Shown here in pieces: positions 37,921 to 50,476 of a stretch of 64,000 nucleotides of DNA. Each line of letters opens with the position of its first letter. The stretch's first letter is position 1. The notes below the pieces were generated by a model that made no database searches, had not been told where the DNA came from, and saw only the letters and a list, made by a program, of their open reading frames with translations. The stretch is from Podospora anserina. Lineage: Eukaryota. The stretch lies in the NCBI GenBank assembly GCA_017654855.1, contig CM030338.1, forward strand, positions 868,001 through 932,000, read 5' to 3'. The translations under genes and the position numbers were made by a program.

Positions 37921-38928
37921 ATGTTCCGGATATTTGTCATAGCCGTCCTCCCCCTCTTCTTCGTCTTCTCCTCTGAAATCTTCACCTTCCTATCCGGCGC
38001 CCTCTGCCCATCATGCAACTGCGAGTCAGCGAAACCGCTTCACAGGATCCCTCGCCCCCAGCTCAGGCCAGAGTTTCTGGCGCTGGAGAACGGGACTGAT
38101 GCCAGGCTGGGGTGTGAAGACGTCGGGTATAAGATGCATGTCTTTTCCCGGGAGCCGTTGGTGGTGTATTTTGAGAATTTTGTTTCGGCGAGGGAGAGGG
38201 AGCATTTGCTTGATATTAGGTGAGTTTATCGCTGGGGTGAAAAGAAGCTGGGATGGGAGCTGATGGGGGGAATAGTGAGAAAATCTATACGCCCTCGACT
38301 ATCACGCATAACGGGGGGCAGACGAGTGATAGGAATACCAAGGTGAGGGACTCGGAGGTTGCGCTTGTGCCGAGGACGGAGGGGGTGAGGTGTATTGAGA
38401 GGAGGGCTAGGGAGGTGCAGGGGTGGAGGGAGGAGGTTTGGTGAGTTTTGAGTTGAAGTCTGAAGCGCTGATCAAGGAGGAAACTGACGACGAGACAGGA
38501 TTGAAAGGTTGAGAGTCCAGAGATATAACCCTGGTGGACACTACAGCCATCACTTTGACTGGAGCTCGGGGAGGGGTGGCTGGGGTAGGGTGAGCAGCTT
38601 CATGGTTTGGGTTCATGGTGAGGAGTTGGAGGGAGGAGGGACAGAGTTCCCCAGGTTGGAGCTGAGAGGTGATAAGAAGAAGTGGTGCAAGTTCATTGAG
38701 TGTGAAGACAATCTAGATGGCGAGGACTCGAAAGACAAGGGCGTGGAGACAGCTGAAGACAAGAAGGGAGCGGTGTTCAAAGTCATACCTGGAAATGCTG
38801 TTTACTGGGAGAATTTCAGGTCTGATGGAACCGGAAGAGGGTATAACGAGACGTGGCATGCTGGATTGCCCGTGAAGAAGGGAGTCAAGGTTGGGCTGAA
38901 CATTTGGAGCTATGGGAGGATTGACTGA
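37921..38928 (+). CDS. Prolyl 4-hydroxylase-like 2OG-Fe(II) oxygenase with N-terminal signal/anchor, 3 exons
   Basis: Exons 37921-38219, 38276-38440, 38499-38928. Motifs SREPLVVYFENFVS, VRDS, QRYNPGGHYSHHFD (HxD), GGGTEFP, TWHAGLPVKKGVKVGLNIW. Confidence 0.88.
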
Positions 38929-39900
38929 GTGATTGGTCTCACATGTCAAAAACAGGGGCTGTAGACAAAAAGGGGTAAAAACAAACAAATGGGCTCAGTA
39001 ACTTCCATCACTGATTTGAAAAGCCACAAGAAGCGAACTGTCGCTTGGCAGCAGATACGGGGCATCCATGCGAAAGCCACAAGATATGCGAGGGCGATTC
39101 GTCGTGTGCGGAATTGACTTGACAGCTCACCTCGTAACCGCGCTGACGCAAGTCCCAATCTCCCGCTGCCGCACCGCGTGCCAGCCTCGCAACGTCAGGT
39201 TGAGTCACCGGCAGACTTTATTGACCATCGTGACGTCTCTCGATGGCACTTTACTGGAACTTTGCGCACTATAATCTCCTATATGTGCTGCAATGGGAAG
39301 GCGTGAGTCATCAGAGCGCGGCCATCATTCGCAACAGCAGCCAAACCCCGGGCTTTCCCGACACCCATGAACACACCGCAACTCTAGAGGTAAAAGGGAA
39401 TGCGAGAGAATCCGATAGCCCCAGGCAGCTCTTGGATGATGATCATGATTGTTAGCTGTATCGTATCAGGTAGCTAACTAACAATATCCCACACGAAGCT
39501 GAGCCGCAAATGATAGGTACCAGCTTAACTAAGCGACTCCTCGGAGGTCGGACCAAAAACCGTCCGCCCCTTTGGCAAAGAGTCCGAAATCCCTGGCATC
39601 CACCTAACTGCCAGACCAGGTGTTACGGCACAAAGCCGCGCGAACGGCTTCTGGCTTTTCAGGCATCATGGGTGAGGCTCCCATGGCTGACGAATGGTTG
39701 CCCAGGTGGGACGCAATCCGCGCGGAGCGTACTCCGTGACGTTGAAGGTGCGGATGGGGGACGTTGAAAAACAATAAAATAGACCACCAAAATGCCGGGT
39801 CCCCGGGCATCGCACTCTTGTTCAGTCCGGCTTGCCTCTTCTTGTGTCGTTTTGTTTGTCGTTTTTTGTAATCGTATTCGGAGTTTAGTACCTTAGTATT

Positions 39901-42838
39901 ATGTCAATGTCAACCTATACACCGTCATCAACATCCCCTGATGGACCCTCAGAGCCGCCGCCAACAGCTAGTGGTAGCGGGACGGGAGCAACAGCAGCTC
40001 ACGAGCCGTTGGCTTGTGTGAGTTGTCGGACGAGGAAGCTGAAATGTAAGGCCACCCTACACGCCGTATAAGCCATCTATACGGGCCAATTGCTGACTCG
40101 GGCACAGGTGATCGTAGAAAGCCGAATTGCACCAGGTGTGCTCGGAGTGGTGGCGATTGTCACTACCCGGAGTCTCGGAGGAAACCAGCGTTTAAGCGAA
40201 GGAATGTTAGAGAATTGGAAGAGAGACTAGGTATGTACGCCTCTACCCCTTGGAGTTCTGGCGCTGACAGTTTCTGTAGCACAGGTGGAAGGTCTCTTGA
40301 AGAATGTCAGCAGGCGGCGAACCAGCCGGGAAGCCGGGCCTAGCACAACGTCTGGTTCTCTAGAACCGTCACGGCAGCCATCTCAAGAATCATCACCTCT
40401 AGCTGGCCTAGAGGCCGATGCTTCTCAGATCAACTTTGACGACTTATTTGCAGATCCAACTTTCCAAGATCCATCATGGTTTTCACCACCACCACCTCCT
40501 CCCCCAGATGGATTTTCGTCCACAGCCAACAACCCTCCGCCATGGGACCTGTTTGGTTTGGGTCAGTTTGAGAGCTTGCCCCCGTGGGAAATGATTGAGG
40601 AATTGTAAGTGCGGGGGGGGTAGGCGAATGTTGGAGGAAACATGTACTGATAGAGATAGGCATGATTTATTCTTCTCAATTCACTACTCATTTCTGCCCA
40701 TTATTCACAAGGACGGGTATCTGGCTGCTTTTCACCGGCCGCCTCATATGCGACCTCCCATGTGTCTTCAGTATTCCATCTGGACTATGGCAGCGGATGG
40801 CCATCCCAAGTATGGGTGTTATCACGAGGCTTTGTACCGTCGAGCTCGGCAGTACTTGGAGGCGGATGAACTCAAGGTTCGTCACAATATCGTCGCTCCC
40901 ACGCAACCAACGGGCACTAACCTTTTGCAGGGGCATGGAGAGCATTTCATCACGGTATCCCACGCTCAAGCCTGGGCCCTGATCGCCGCCGATGAGGCCA
41001 GGAGAATGCTTTTCACCCGGGCAGCATTGAGCTCCGCTCGATGCGTTCGAATCGTCGGCATGATGGGCCTCCACCGGCTCGACAGCACAGCCGCCGACGA
41101 AGAACACCCCATCGCTCCCATGATCCCCCCTCCCAAAGGCTGGGTCGAACTGGAAGAACGCCGACGTCTATTCTGGGGCGCCTTCTGCATCGACAGCTAC
41201 GCCGGCATCAGCACCGGCTGGCCAACCCTCATCGACACCAACCAAGTCACCACCCACCTCCCCGCCTCCGAGGACGCCTTCGCCAAAGGCCAAGAGGAAA
41301 AGTCCACCTCCCTCCAGTCCCTCTTCAACGGCTTCAACTACTCCACCTACGGCGGCAACGTCGTCATCTGCCACATCTTCAACCAAATCATGAAGCACGC
41401 CCACTGCCCCATGCCCTCCGACCGCCCCGACGATTTAGAGTCCGGCCCCTTCTGGCAACGCCACCGCGAACTCGACACCTTGCTATCCAGCGCCTTCATG
41501 TTCCTCCCCGACCGCCTCCGCCTCCCAAAGAACATCACCGACCCGGTCGCAATCCAAACAAACATGAACCTCCACGCCGCCGTCATCTGCCTCCACAACA
41601 CCGCCTACGAAAAAGCAGACAAGCTCCCCTCCTTACCTGCGTCCGTCAAACAAGACAGCCGCACCCGCTCCCTCATGGCAGCAGGCGAAATAGTAAACAT
41701 CCTCAAGCTAAGCCACAACATGAAGACGGGGTATAAATCCCCGCTAATGGCCCTCTCGTTGTACTGCGCGGCGTCGCTGTACGTCTCCGTCGCCGCCGCC
41801 AAAGACACCACCACCCCCACCAACCCCCCGTCACCATCCTTCCTCTCCTCGGTCAACACCAACCTTGAGACTCTCCTCAAATCGATGGAGGCGATTTCAA
41901 AGCTGCATTACATCACGAGGGCGTATCTAAATCAGATACTCCTTGACATCGACCGCTCGGGGGTATCTCTGTCATTTCCACTTTCGGAGAATTTTAACAA
42001 GGAATCTCACCCGTGTGAGCACGGGATTCCAATCGTGGCTCGCACTTCGGGACACAGACAGACGAGGCTGCCAGTTCCGTTTTCTACATCGGGGGGGCAG
42101 CAGCAGAGGGTGATGGTTCCGGGGGTGTTTGCTGATAGAAACTTTGGTGGTGGGAACATCCACCCCGGCGCGGGGATATCCTCTGGTTTGTCCTCCATGG
42201 TGAGCGGGATGGTGGCTGGGTGTGGACTGCAGGTTTTGACGGAGGATGGGGTGAGGAAACAACCGGAACAACAGCAGGGGCAGTTTGTGGATGCTTTTCA
42301 CCCTTGTGATAACCCGCCCTATGCTAGAGGGCAGACGAACACCGCTAGGGCCGCCACGGGGGAGAGGGTGATGATGTTTGGGTTTCGGGGTGGGAGGGAG
42401 GAAATGGTAGGGCTGCAGGAGTTGCCTTTTAGGTTGGGGATGCAGACTGGGCTTGTGGGGGCGGGGGCTGGGTTGGGGTTTGAGATGGGGATGGCTGGAG
42501 GAGGGACGGGGAAGGAGAAGGATGGGGATGTACTACTGCATTTTCCGCCGGGGAATGTGGGGGGTGTTTCGGGGGAGGGAAATCACGGCCAAGGTGGTGG
42601 TGGTAAAGGGAAAGAAGATGGGAATGCGATGGATATTTTTGATGAGTTTCAAGATTTGGGAGAGGGGACGGGTGGCGGGGGAGATGGTGATTGGGGCATG
42701 TTGGATCCTACCGACACTTTTTACTCACTGTTGTATAATGATGGGGCCAACACTGACAATAATGGGGGAGGAGATAATAATTGTGGGAATATGTGGTCGG
42801 TGAATGATTTTACTGGGATGTGGGGTGGTCCTCGATAG
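39901..42838 (+). CDS. Zn(II)2Cys6 transcription factor with fungal-specific middle homology region
   Basis: Spliced ACVSCRTRKLKCDRRKPNCTRCARSGGDCHY; introns 40046-40107, 40231-40279, 40605-40659 and probably 40877-40930. MHR motifs MMGLHRLD and EERRRLFWGAFCID; acidic/Gly-rich C-terminus. Confidence 0.92.
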
Positions 42839-43613
42839 AAATGGGCTTGGGTGATAGAATGGCTTGTATATCGGCGCGCGTGAGATTCTATTTCTTTGTT
42901 TCGTCATGGGCATGGCTTTGCGAAATCTATATGGATGGGCTTGGAATGGCATGGGACAGGACTTTGAACAAGGGATTGGCATGGGTTGAAAGATCTCACC
43001 TGATTGTATATTATGGGCATCGGATATGGGACAAGGCATTGGGATGGGATGGGTACATCGCCAGGCTAAGGCAGGACGGACGTACAAGGGGTGCAAGACA
43101 ATCTCCAAGAAGGATTGTACGATACATGTACATTATCAGGAAGGTTGGGACAGGTTGGAAGACTTCCCTGCTCAATTAGGTAGCATTTATCATCATGAGA
43201 GAAGAGCTCCTCGCTCTGCAAATTTAACATCAAAGATTGTTTAGATTGATCTGCAATACCTACCAAGTTGTGCAATAAATTGACCATAGCAACGCAGCAT
43301 AGGCGGTATACAAACAAAGGACATGCCCTCCAATGAAAAGGGGGTGGCAAATTCCAATATTTCACAAACAAACAAGTACACCATGATGCCACCCAACTCC
43401 AAAATCATTTCCAATCTATCCGTATACAAAAAAGGCCATGCATGTCATTATATCTATCGTTTTGATAATTAGGACGTATAAAAGATAGGGTTGCCCCTAA
43501 CTTGGGACGTCGGGGATCATTGGCAGCATAACAAATCACCATTTCCCCCCGCCATCCCCCCTCTTGTCGTACACAACTTTTTCACCTCATTAACACCGAC
43601 ACTCTGGGCCACC

Positions 43614-44715
43614 TTAGAAAGCAAAGATCTGGTCCTCGAGCTTGCTGACGGGTCTGGCCTTCTTGAAGCCAAGAGCCTCGGCAGTCTTCTTGAGGCCGCT
43701 GACCATGGGAGGGGGGCCGCAGAGAAGAAGCTTGACATCCTCGGCGGGCTTGGGGAGCCATTTCTGTATAAACCGTTAGCAATTGTTCTTTTTTAGAACG
43801 AGTAGAGAAAAAACCCACGGTGATCATGTCGCCGGTAACATAGCCAACACCGCCCTGCCAGTCCGCAGGGGGCTTGTCTAAAACGTAGTGCACGCGGATG
43901 CCCTTGTCCTCCTTGGTGAGCGCGTCGAGGTCCTCCTTGAGCAGAATGTCCTCCTTGGTGACGTTGGCAAAGATGAGATCGACCTGGGTGGTGTCGCCAG
44001 CCTTGCGGCCGCGGACAATGGCGCGGATGACCTGGAGCATGGGGGTGATACCAGTACCGCCGGCGATCATGCCAAAGTGACGGACCATGTTGGGAGTGTA
44101 GACGAAAGCGCCCTTGGGGCCCTTGACGCGGATGGTCTGGCCAACGGCAAGACCGGCCATGTGCTTGGAGATGTTACCGGTAGGGTAGGACTTGATGAGG
44201 AGATCGAAGTAGCCGGGTTGGTGGTCACCAGAGACGGGGGTGTAGGAGCGGACGATTTCCTTGGTGGTGCCATCGGGCTGGGGGAGATGGGCGCCGATCG
44301 AGATGTGCTGGCCGATGGGGAGGCCGAGGATATCGGATGGGTTGGGGAGAGCGAAGCGGTAGCTAGAGGGCATTGGTTAGTCGGTGGCCGTTGATGCCGG
44401 CGGGGCAGGAAGTGGCTTACATGGCTACATTGTGGGAGATGATGGTCTTCTCCTTGAGCTCAAACTCCTGGAAGGCATCTGGCTTGAGGACCTTCTTGGG
44501 CTCTGCATGGACGTTAGCTAACGCTCCCTAGGAATGGCCAGAGTGTTCCAATGCGACATACGGGTCCGGATGAACTTGATGGCGCCGAGGGCAATGGCGA
44601 CGAGCACGGCGTAGTGCAGGAACTCGCGCTTCAGAATGGCGGTGCCGAGCACGATGAGACCAGCCGGGATGTATATCCCGTCGACATACTTCTTCGCAAG
44701 CAGAGAGTCGGACAT
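43614..44715 (-). CDS. CBR1: NADH-cytochrome b5 reductase 1, 4 exons
   Basis: Exons 44715-44562, 44502-44421, 44362-43819, 43763-43614. N-terminal TM segment; [32 protein letters not shown]; ends DQIFAF*. Confidence 0.95.
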
Positions 44716-45393
44716 GTTGGGCGATTCGGCTGTGTCGATCTGTCTGGCCGTGAACGACAGAAGGTGAGGAGAGGATCTAGAGAGGTGACGCACGAGGTGA
44801 GTCCGTCCGCAACCGCCGAAAAAAAAAAGGATCAAGACGGGGAGCCGTCAACTGAAAAATGATTTCTCGAGCGTCGAGCGGAACGGGGGTGGGAGACTGA
44901 AAGTGGGCCGATTTGGCGCGGGCTGGACCGATTCTGCCCGGGGAGTGGCTTCTGAAAACCGGGGCCCCACCAAATCTACAGCGATGGTGCCGCCTGTGGT
45001 TCAACAATTCTGGTACCCCCCGGCTGGTTGACACCTTGTTGGCATCTTGGCAGCGTCGTCGCGTCTTGACGGGGCAGTGACAAAAAGTGACAGGCCAGCT
45101 ATACTATCTGATAGTAGCGATAACACCGAGTCCTCCGATGGGCGGACGCCATTGTTTAGGAAGGTGAAACAATGCTTCGTCCGACGCACAACATCAAGGG
45201 TCTGCATCTCCTCAGACAGCGCCTCTCAACACCCGGCCCGTCCTTGGCTCCCGCTCAGCGTGCCATTGTCGAACAAGCTTCTGCTTCCTTCGCCAGACGA
45301 TTTAGCGGTGGAACCTTGAAGAAGCCCCAGAGGCAACCCCACCATCGCGGCACAGGTGCAACAAGAGATTTACCGGGTAAACACATCCCAGCC

Positions 45394-46100
45394 ATGGGCG
45401 AGAATACCGATACACTGGCCCAGGTCGACGCTCCCTTTCCCCTGACAGAGGTCGACAAATGGGTGCTCTCACAGACCGACGAAGAGTTCAAATGCCATGA
45501 CTGGGACGAGTTATGTGTGATCCTTCGTACGGCTTGCCCATACTGCTCATCTATTTGGTGCCCTGAGACTACTCATCTAACACATGCTCAGAGAACAACA
45601 ATCTCCATCTTCTCAAGAGAAAGCCATCCGATCTTCGGCGGTACATCAAGTGGACTACCGAGACAAAAGCCGAGTATGGCAACATAACCAACTTTCTCAT
45701 TACCCATCGGCTCCCCAAGCCCTGGGGCAAACCACCCTTCACTCCAGCTTCCAGTATCCCGTTTGAGAACCCATCCGACTACCGCGTTCTCATGAATGAC
45801 TGGCCCTACGGCTTCGCTCCAGGCATATCTCACATCGTTGTGTGGACACGCACTCCCATTGCCACAGATGACACCGTCGGAGACATGACGCATGAAAGCA
45901 GGAAGATCGTGGCCGATTTCATCAAGAGATTCTTCGTAGACCGGCTCGGACCGGGAGGCGAGAAAAAGGTGATTTGGTTCAAGAATTGGGTGGCCCTTCA
46001 GAGTGTGCGGACAGTCGATCATGTCCACGTGTTGGTGAGGGATGTAGAGCCGCAGGTGCTGGAGGAGTGGTCAAGGGAGCTCGAATGCCACAAGGCATAA
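45394..46100 (+). CDS. GIG1/DUF3605-family (N-acetylglucosamine-induced protein 1-like, HIT-related) protein
   Basis: Intron 45527-45591. Motifs LKRKPSDLRRYIKW, MNDWPYG, HIVVW, WFKNWVALQSVRTVDHVHVLV. An in-frame upstream ATG lies at 45172. Confidence 0.85.
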
Positions 46101-46129
46101 GTATATAATAGAAGTTTCGTCGAGTAGAA

Positions 46130-46615
46130 TTAAGCTGCCGCCCGCCGTTGCTTGCGGTTGCCCACGGCAGGTGCACCGGCATCCGCGCTTCCACCTAGTT
46201 GAGCCATTTGCCTAGCAGCACCAAACATGCCATAGCCCTTGTAGAGCCCATAAGCGGGCACGATAGTCCATAGGAACCAAGCCCAGTTTCCGAAAAGAGC
46301 CACGAGAATGGCGGCGGCCCAAGTCACCCAGACCACGTCGAACATGTACTCGGTGAGTCCAGCAGCGGCAAGATCCTCTCCGGATGACTTGAGAGCCTTG
46401 GTGGAGGGGTCGTATGTCGGACGGCCCGACTTTTCCAAGATGAACTGGCAGACAAAGCTGGGAAGCGAGAGGACGAACCAGGTCAGAAGGGACCGTGACC
46501 TGAAGATGAAGTTGAGCAGCAGGAAGAGGCCATTGACGATGAGTGAGCCGAGATGGAGGTTGTTGAGCGTTGCCACATTGGACTTGGCTCTATCTTTGCG
46601 TGCCTTTTGAGCCAT
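46130..46615 (-). CDS. SND2: SRP-independent targeting protein Snd2/Env10 (TMEM208, DUF788)
   Basis: 161 aa, MAQKARK start, several TM segments, GEDLAAAGLTEYMFDVVWVTW motif, basic C-terminus. Confidence 0.85.
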   Translation of the reverse strand: MAQKARKDRAKSNVATLNNLHLGSLIVNGLFLLLNFIFRSRSLLTWFVLSLPSFVCQFILEKSGRPTYDPSTKALKSSGEDLAAAGLTEYMFDVVWVTWAAAILVALFGNWAWFLWTIVPAYGLYKGYGMFGAARQMAQLGGSADAGAPAVGNRKQRRAAA

Positions 46616-47970
46616 GGTGAGATGCTGTGGTAGTCCAGGCTGAGTTGTCGAATTGGCGTGAGATGTCGTTGGCGGTCGACGGTTGAGGAAAGATGTTGAA
46701 GTGGGTTTAAGCTGGAGCTAATGCCATTCGTGGCCGATTGCAGGACCCCTGGATGGACCCACACAAAATGAAGTGGCTTGATTCTACACGAAAACTGCAA
46801 TGAATATTCGAAGAAAAGCGTTCATTTACATTTCAAGACGTATGTGGTCTTTTTGGGGAAATGCAAGCGACACACGGCAGCACTTTATGAGCGGTTAACG
46901 CTATGTAAGACCGCGCTCGTCGAAAGAAGCAGCTTCGACGTTGGAAATCACCATGAACGACTTTCAGGGACCTATGACGGCATCGTGTGGCTAGTTTGGC
47001 CCTTGCAAACGACATCGAAGTACCAGAGCGAGAATCTTAGCCAACTATGCATTTTCATGAAATTTGCTAGGCATAATTATTGGAGACCAACGGCTACAGC
47101 CAATTGACTCTGTAGTATTTTTACTTGCTTACAGTCGATAATGAATATGCATGCGGCGAGGAGGGGCTGGGAATGTGCAGAAGACATTGACAGCGGTTAT
47201 GTTGTGGCTGGGCACGGGTGGCTAGAGAGGAGAGAACCCACCGGAAAGGTTGGGTTGCCCGGCAGGTCCAACCGCTGACGGCGCGTAGCCAATGAAGGCT
47301 GGTTGCCGCGCCCACCACAACATCGCGAGACCCCCATTCACTTTCTCGTGGTGCTTCCCTCGAGTTCACGAGCACAAGCAGGGTTGAGAAGACCAGCTTG
47401 GGGCTGGATGTGCTGGATGACGACAAGCAGCTCTTCATCATTCGAGCCACCGCCTTCCCTTTACGTTTTTGGAAGCCATGCTCTCGGGGGTCCCGATAGA
47501 ATTTGACGACAGTCCCAGGTTGCTACGTCTTGCGGGCCCGCCATTGTTGCCTTGTTTTTTTTCTATTGCTCTGCGTCGCCATCACTAACCACCACACTTC
47601 GACACCGCACGAAGCTGGCGACGCTCTTTGGCTCGACATCAGGTATTCGATTATCTGTCGCGATACTCTTAGGAGGCCAATAATCTTTTACTTAATCACA
47701 ACAGCTGCATCGACCATCTCTTTCCCGACGCCGGCCTCCCTGCCTATCCATCAAAACACACCCCTCCAACGATTCTTTGTCGCCCACCCCTGGAAAACGT
47801 TTACGGCCAGCCTCTCGTTTGACCACCCGATCAAGGCTGCTTCATTCCACCAAGGTGCATCGACGAGGAGCAACGTCGTTTCTTGCGATTCCATGGATCA
47901 ACATAGCCGATAGCATCCCTCAATACTACCAGGTCGCATACCCCTATTCGGCGTCGCTGATCCTCACACG

Positions 47971-50476
47971 ATGGCACCTAATAGCGCCACGGTCGCCGCA
48001 TTGCTAAGGCAAACAGTTCACTATCATCTTGACAACTTTGCCTATGACAGCGCCATATTCTTCGCCGAACGCCTGCAGGCCTACGACCCACGCTCCTCCG
48101 AATCAGCCTATCTACTATCCCTCTGCCATTTTCGCCTTGGCGATTCCAGATCAGCCTACGAAATCAGCAAGCCACCAGGCTTTCGAGGTGTACACTTGGG
48201 ATGTGCCTTTATATTTGCGCAGGCCTGTTTTGACCTGGAGAAATACAAGGATGGAATCACAGCTCTGGAGAAGGCGAGGGCACTGTGGGCTACTAAATGC
48301 AGCATCGGAAGGCACAGCGCTTCATCAAGATCTCCCTATCCCGACGCCGCGGCTTGCAGCTGTCTTTTAGGAAAGTTATATCGAGCATTGGACGACAAGA
48401 AGAAATCGGTACCATGCTTCGAGGAAGCGTTGAAAGCCAACCCTTTGATGTGGGATGCCTTTACCGCGCTTTGCGATATGGGGGTCAACGTCAGGATACC
48501 AAATGTTTTCAGGTTTAATGAGCCGTTTGCGCGCAACTTCGACTTGGAAAACGGCACAGCAAGCGAACCGAACGGCCCCGAGCCCCTCCAAAGGAAGGCT
48601 GGCATGCAATCAGCCAGCGAGAGTGATCCATTTGACGCCCCCCGTCCTGCGACGTACCATATGGACCCTTCCGGAAACGACTTATTTACCGAACCTGCCC
48701 CTAATGACTTGATGGCCAAGTTTGCTGCGGCCCACTCGAGGTACAATGGCAATCAAGGAAGCAGGAATGGATCGGATGGAATGGAAACCCCAACTGGCTC
48801 TGCGCCGGTTGGTGCTCCTGAACCTCAGGTATCACGATTAGGACACCCGTCGGAACCACCACAGGCACCAAACCGTCGGACCCGTGGTGCCCAAGCAGTG
48901 GAACCTGCCATCTTCGAACCTCCACCAAGACTTGGTGGTTATCGTTTGGGTTCAAAGAGAAGAGAAAGAACCCAAGAACAAGCAGCAGATCCATCAACAG
49001 ATAATTGGTCCAAACCTACCGCGATTTCATCAGTGACCGATAGAAAACGCACAGCATCGGGGCATCCAGTACAGCCACGTCCAGCCAATGGTGAGGAGCC
49101 ACGGAGGAGTGCGAGACTGAATGTGCTGCCGAGACCACCTGCGTCGAGGGCGAACGCTGGTGCTACGGCTCTGGGGACGACGGCTACCCGAGAACTGAGG
49201 AAGGCTAGACCCCCTATTTCTAGGATAGGCCGCCCAGGGGCAGCCGTGGTTGGCAGGGTTGTTAGTGGCAATCGGAAGCCTATTGAGGAAAATGGAATGG
49301 ATGTCGATCAAGCCGAAGCTCCGCGGTTTAAGGAACCGCCGCCGATGATGCAAGCGCCACCGCCCAAGATGACGCTTGTTGAACCTGAGCCGGTCAAGAT
49401 TGACGAAGCATTGAGATGGATTCTAGAGCTCTTGAAAAAGATGGCCACTGGATACCTCCTCTCATCACAATTCCGCTGCAAAGACGCGTTGGCGGCGTTT
49501 TTGTCGCTCCCTCGCAGCCACCAAGACACCCCATGGGTGTTGGCCCGGATGGGCAGGGCGCAATATGAGCAGGCAAATTATGCTGAAGCCGAAAAGCTAT
49601 TCAGACGCCTCCGAATGCTAGCCCCTACTCGCCACGAGGACATGGAGGTATACTCAACAGTCCTCTGGCATCTCAGGAAGGAGACTGATCTATCGTTCCT
49701 GGCACACGAACTCGTCGACGCCGTATGGGATTCACCCTATGCCTGGTGCGCCTTGGGCAATGCGTGGTCCCTTGCTTGCGATCACGAGCAGGCGCTGCGT
49801 TGTTTCAAGCGTGCGATTCAGCTACACCCCAAATTCGCCTATGCGTACACACTCCAAGGACACGAGCACGTAGAGAATGAGGAATATGACAAGGCCCTTA
49901 CGGCATATCGACAGGCTATTTCAGCCGACAAGCGGCATTACAATGCCTACTACGGAATTGGGAAGGTGTTTGAGAAGTTGGGCAATTGGGACAAGGCGCT
50001 GAGTCATTACAAGGCAGCTTTGGTTATCCACCCAGACCACGCTGTCTTGATTTGTTGCGTGGGAACTGTGCTGCAACGGCAGAAGCAGATCGGCCAGGCG
50101 CTTCCTTACTTCTCTCGGGCCGTCGAGCTGGCGCCACGGGCACCTGAAATCCGACACAAGAAAGCCCGGGCTCTCATGGCGACTGGTCAGTTCGAAGAAG
50201 CGCAGCAGGAGCTTTTGGTTCTGCGAGATCTTGCGCCGGACAAGGCGCAAGTACACTTTTTGCTTGGCAAACTGTCCAAGTTGCTCGGAGACAAGAAGTT
50301 GGCAGTGCGCCACTTCACCATTGCTCTGAGTCTAGATCCCAAGGTAAATTCTCTCCCAATCGTGCATTACAGAGAACATGACACTGACAAATTTATTGCA
50401 GGCGAGTTCACAAATCAAACAGGAGATCGAGGGCCTGGAAGATGATGATTGCATAGAGGACTCGATGGTGCATTGA
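47971..50476 (+). CDS. CDC27: Anaphase-promoting complex TPR subunit Cdc27/Apc3 (BimA/Nuc2)
   Basis: N-terminal AIFFAERL TPRs; C-terminal TPRs MEVYSTVLWHL, AWCALGN, FAYAYTLQGHE, RHYNAYYGIG. Intron 50344-50401; last exon 50402-50476. Confidence 0.95.

Noticed and set aside
31439..42838. cdh + oxygenase + Zn2Cys6 factor as a metabolic gene cluster
   Set aside because: No backbone enzyme, transporter or LPMO, and the genes are separated by an unrelated orphan.
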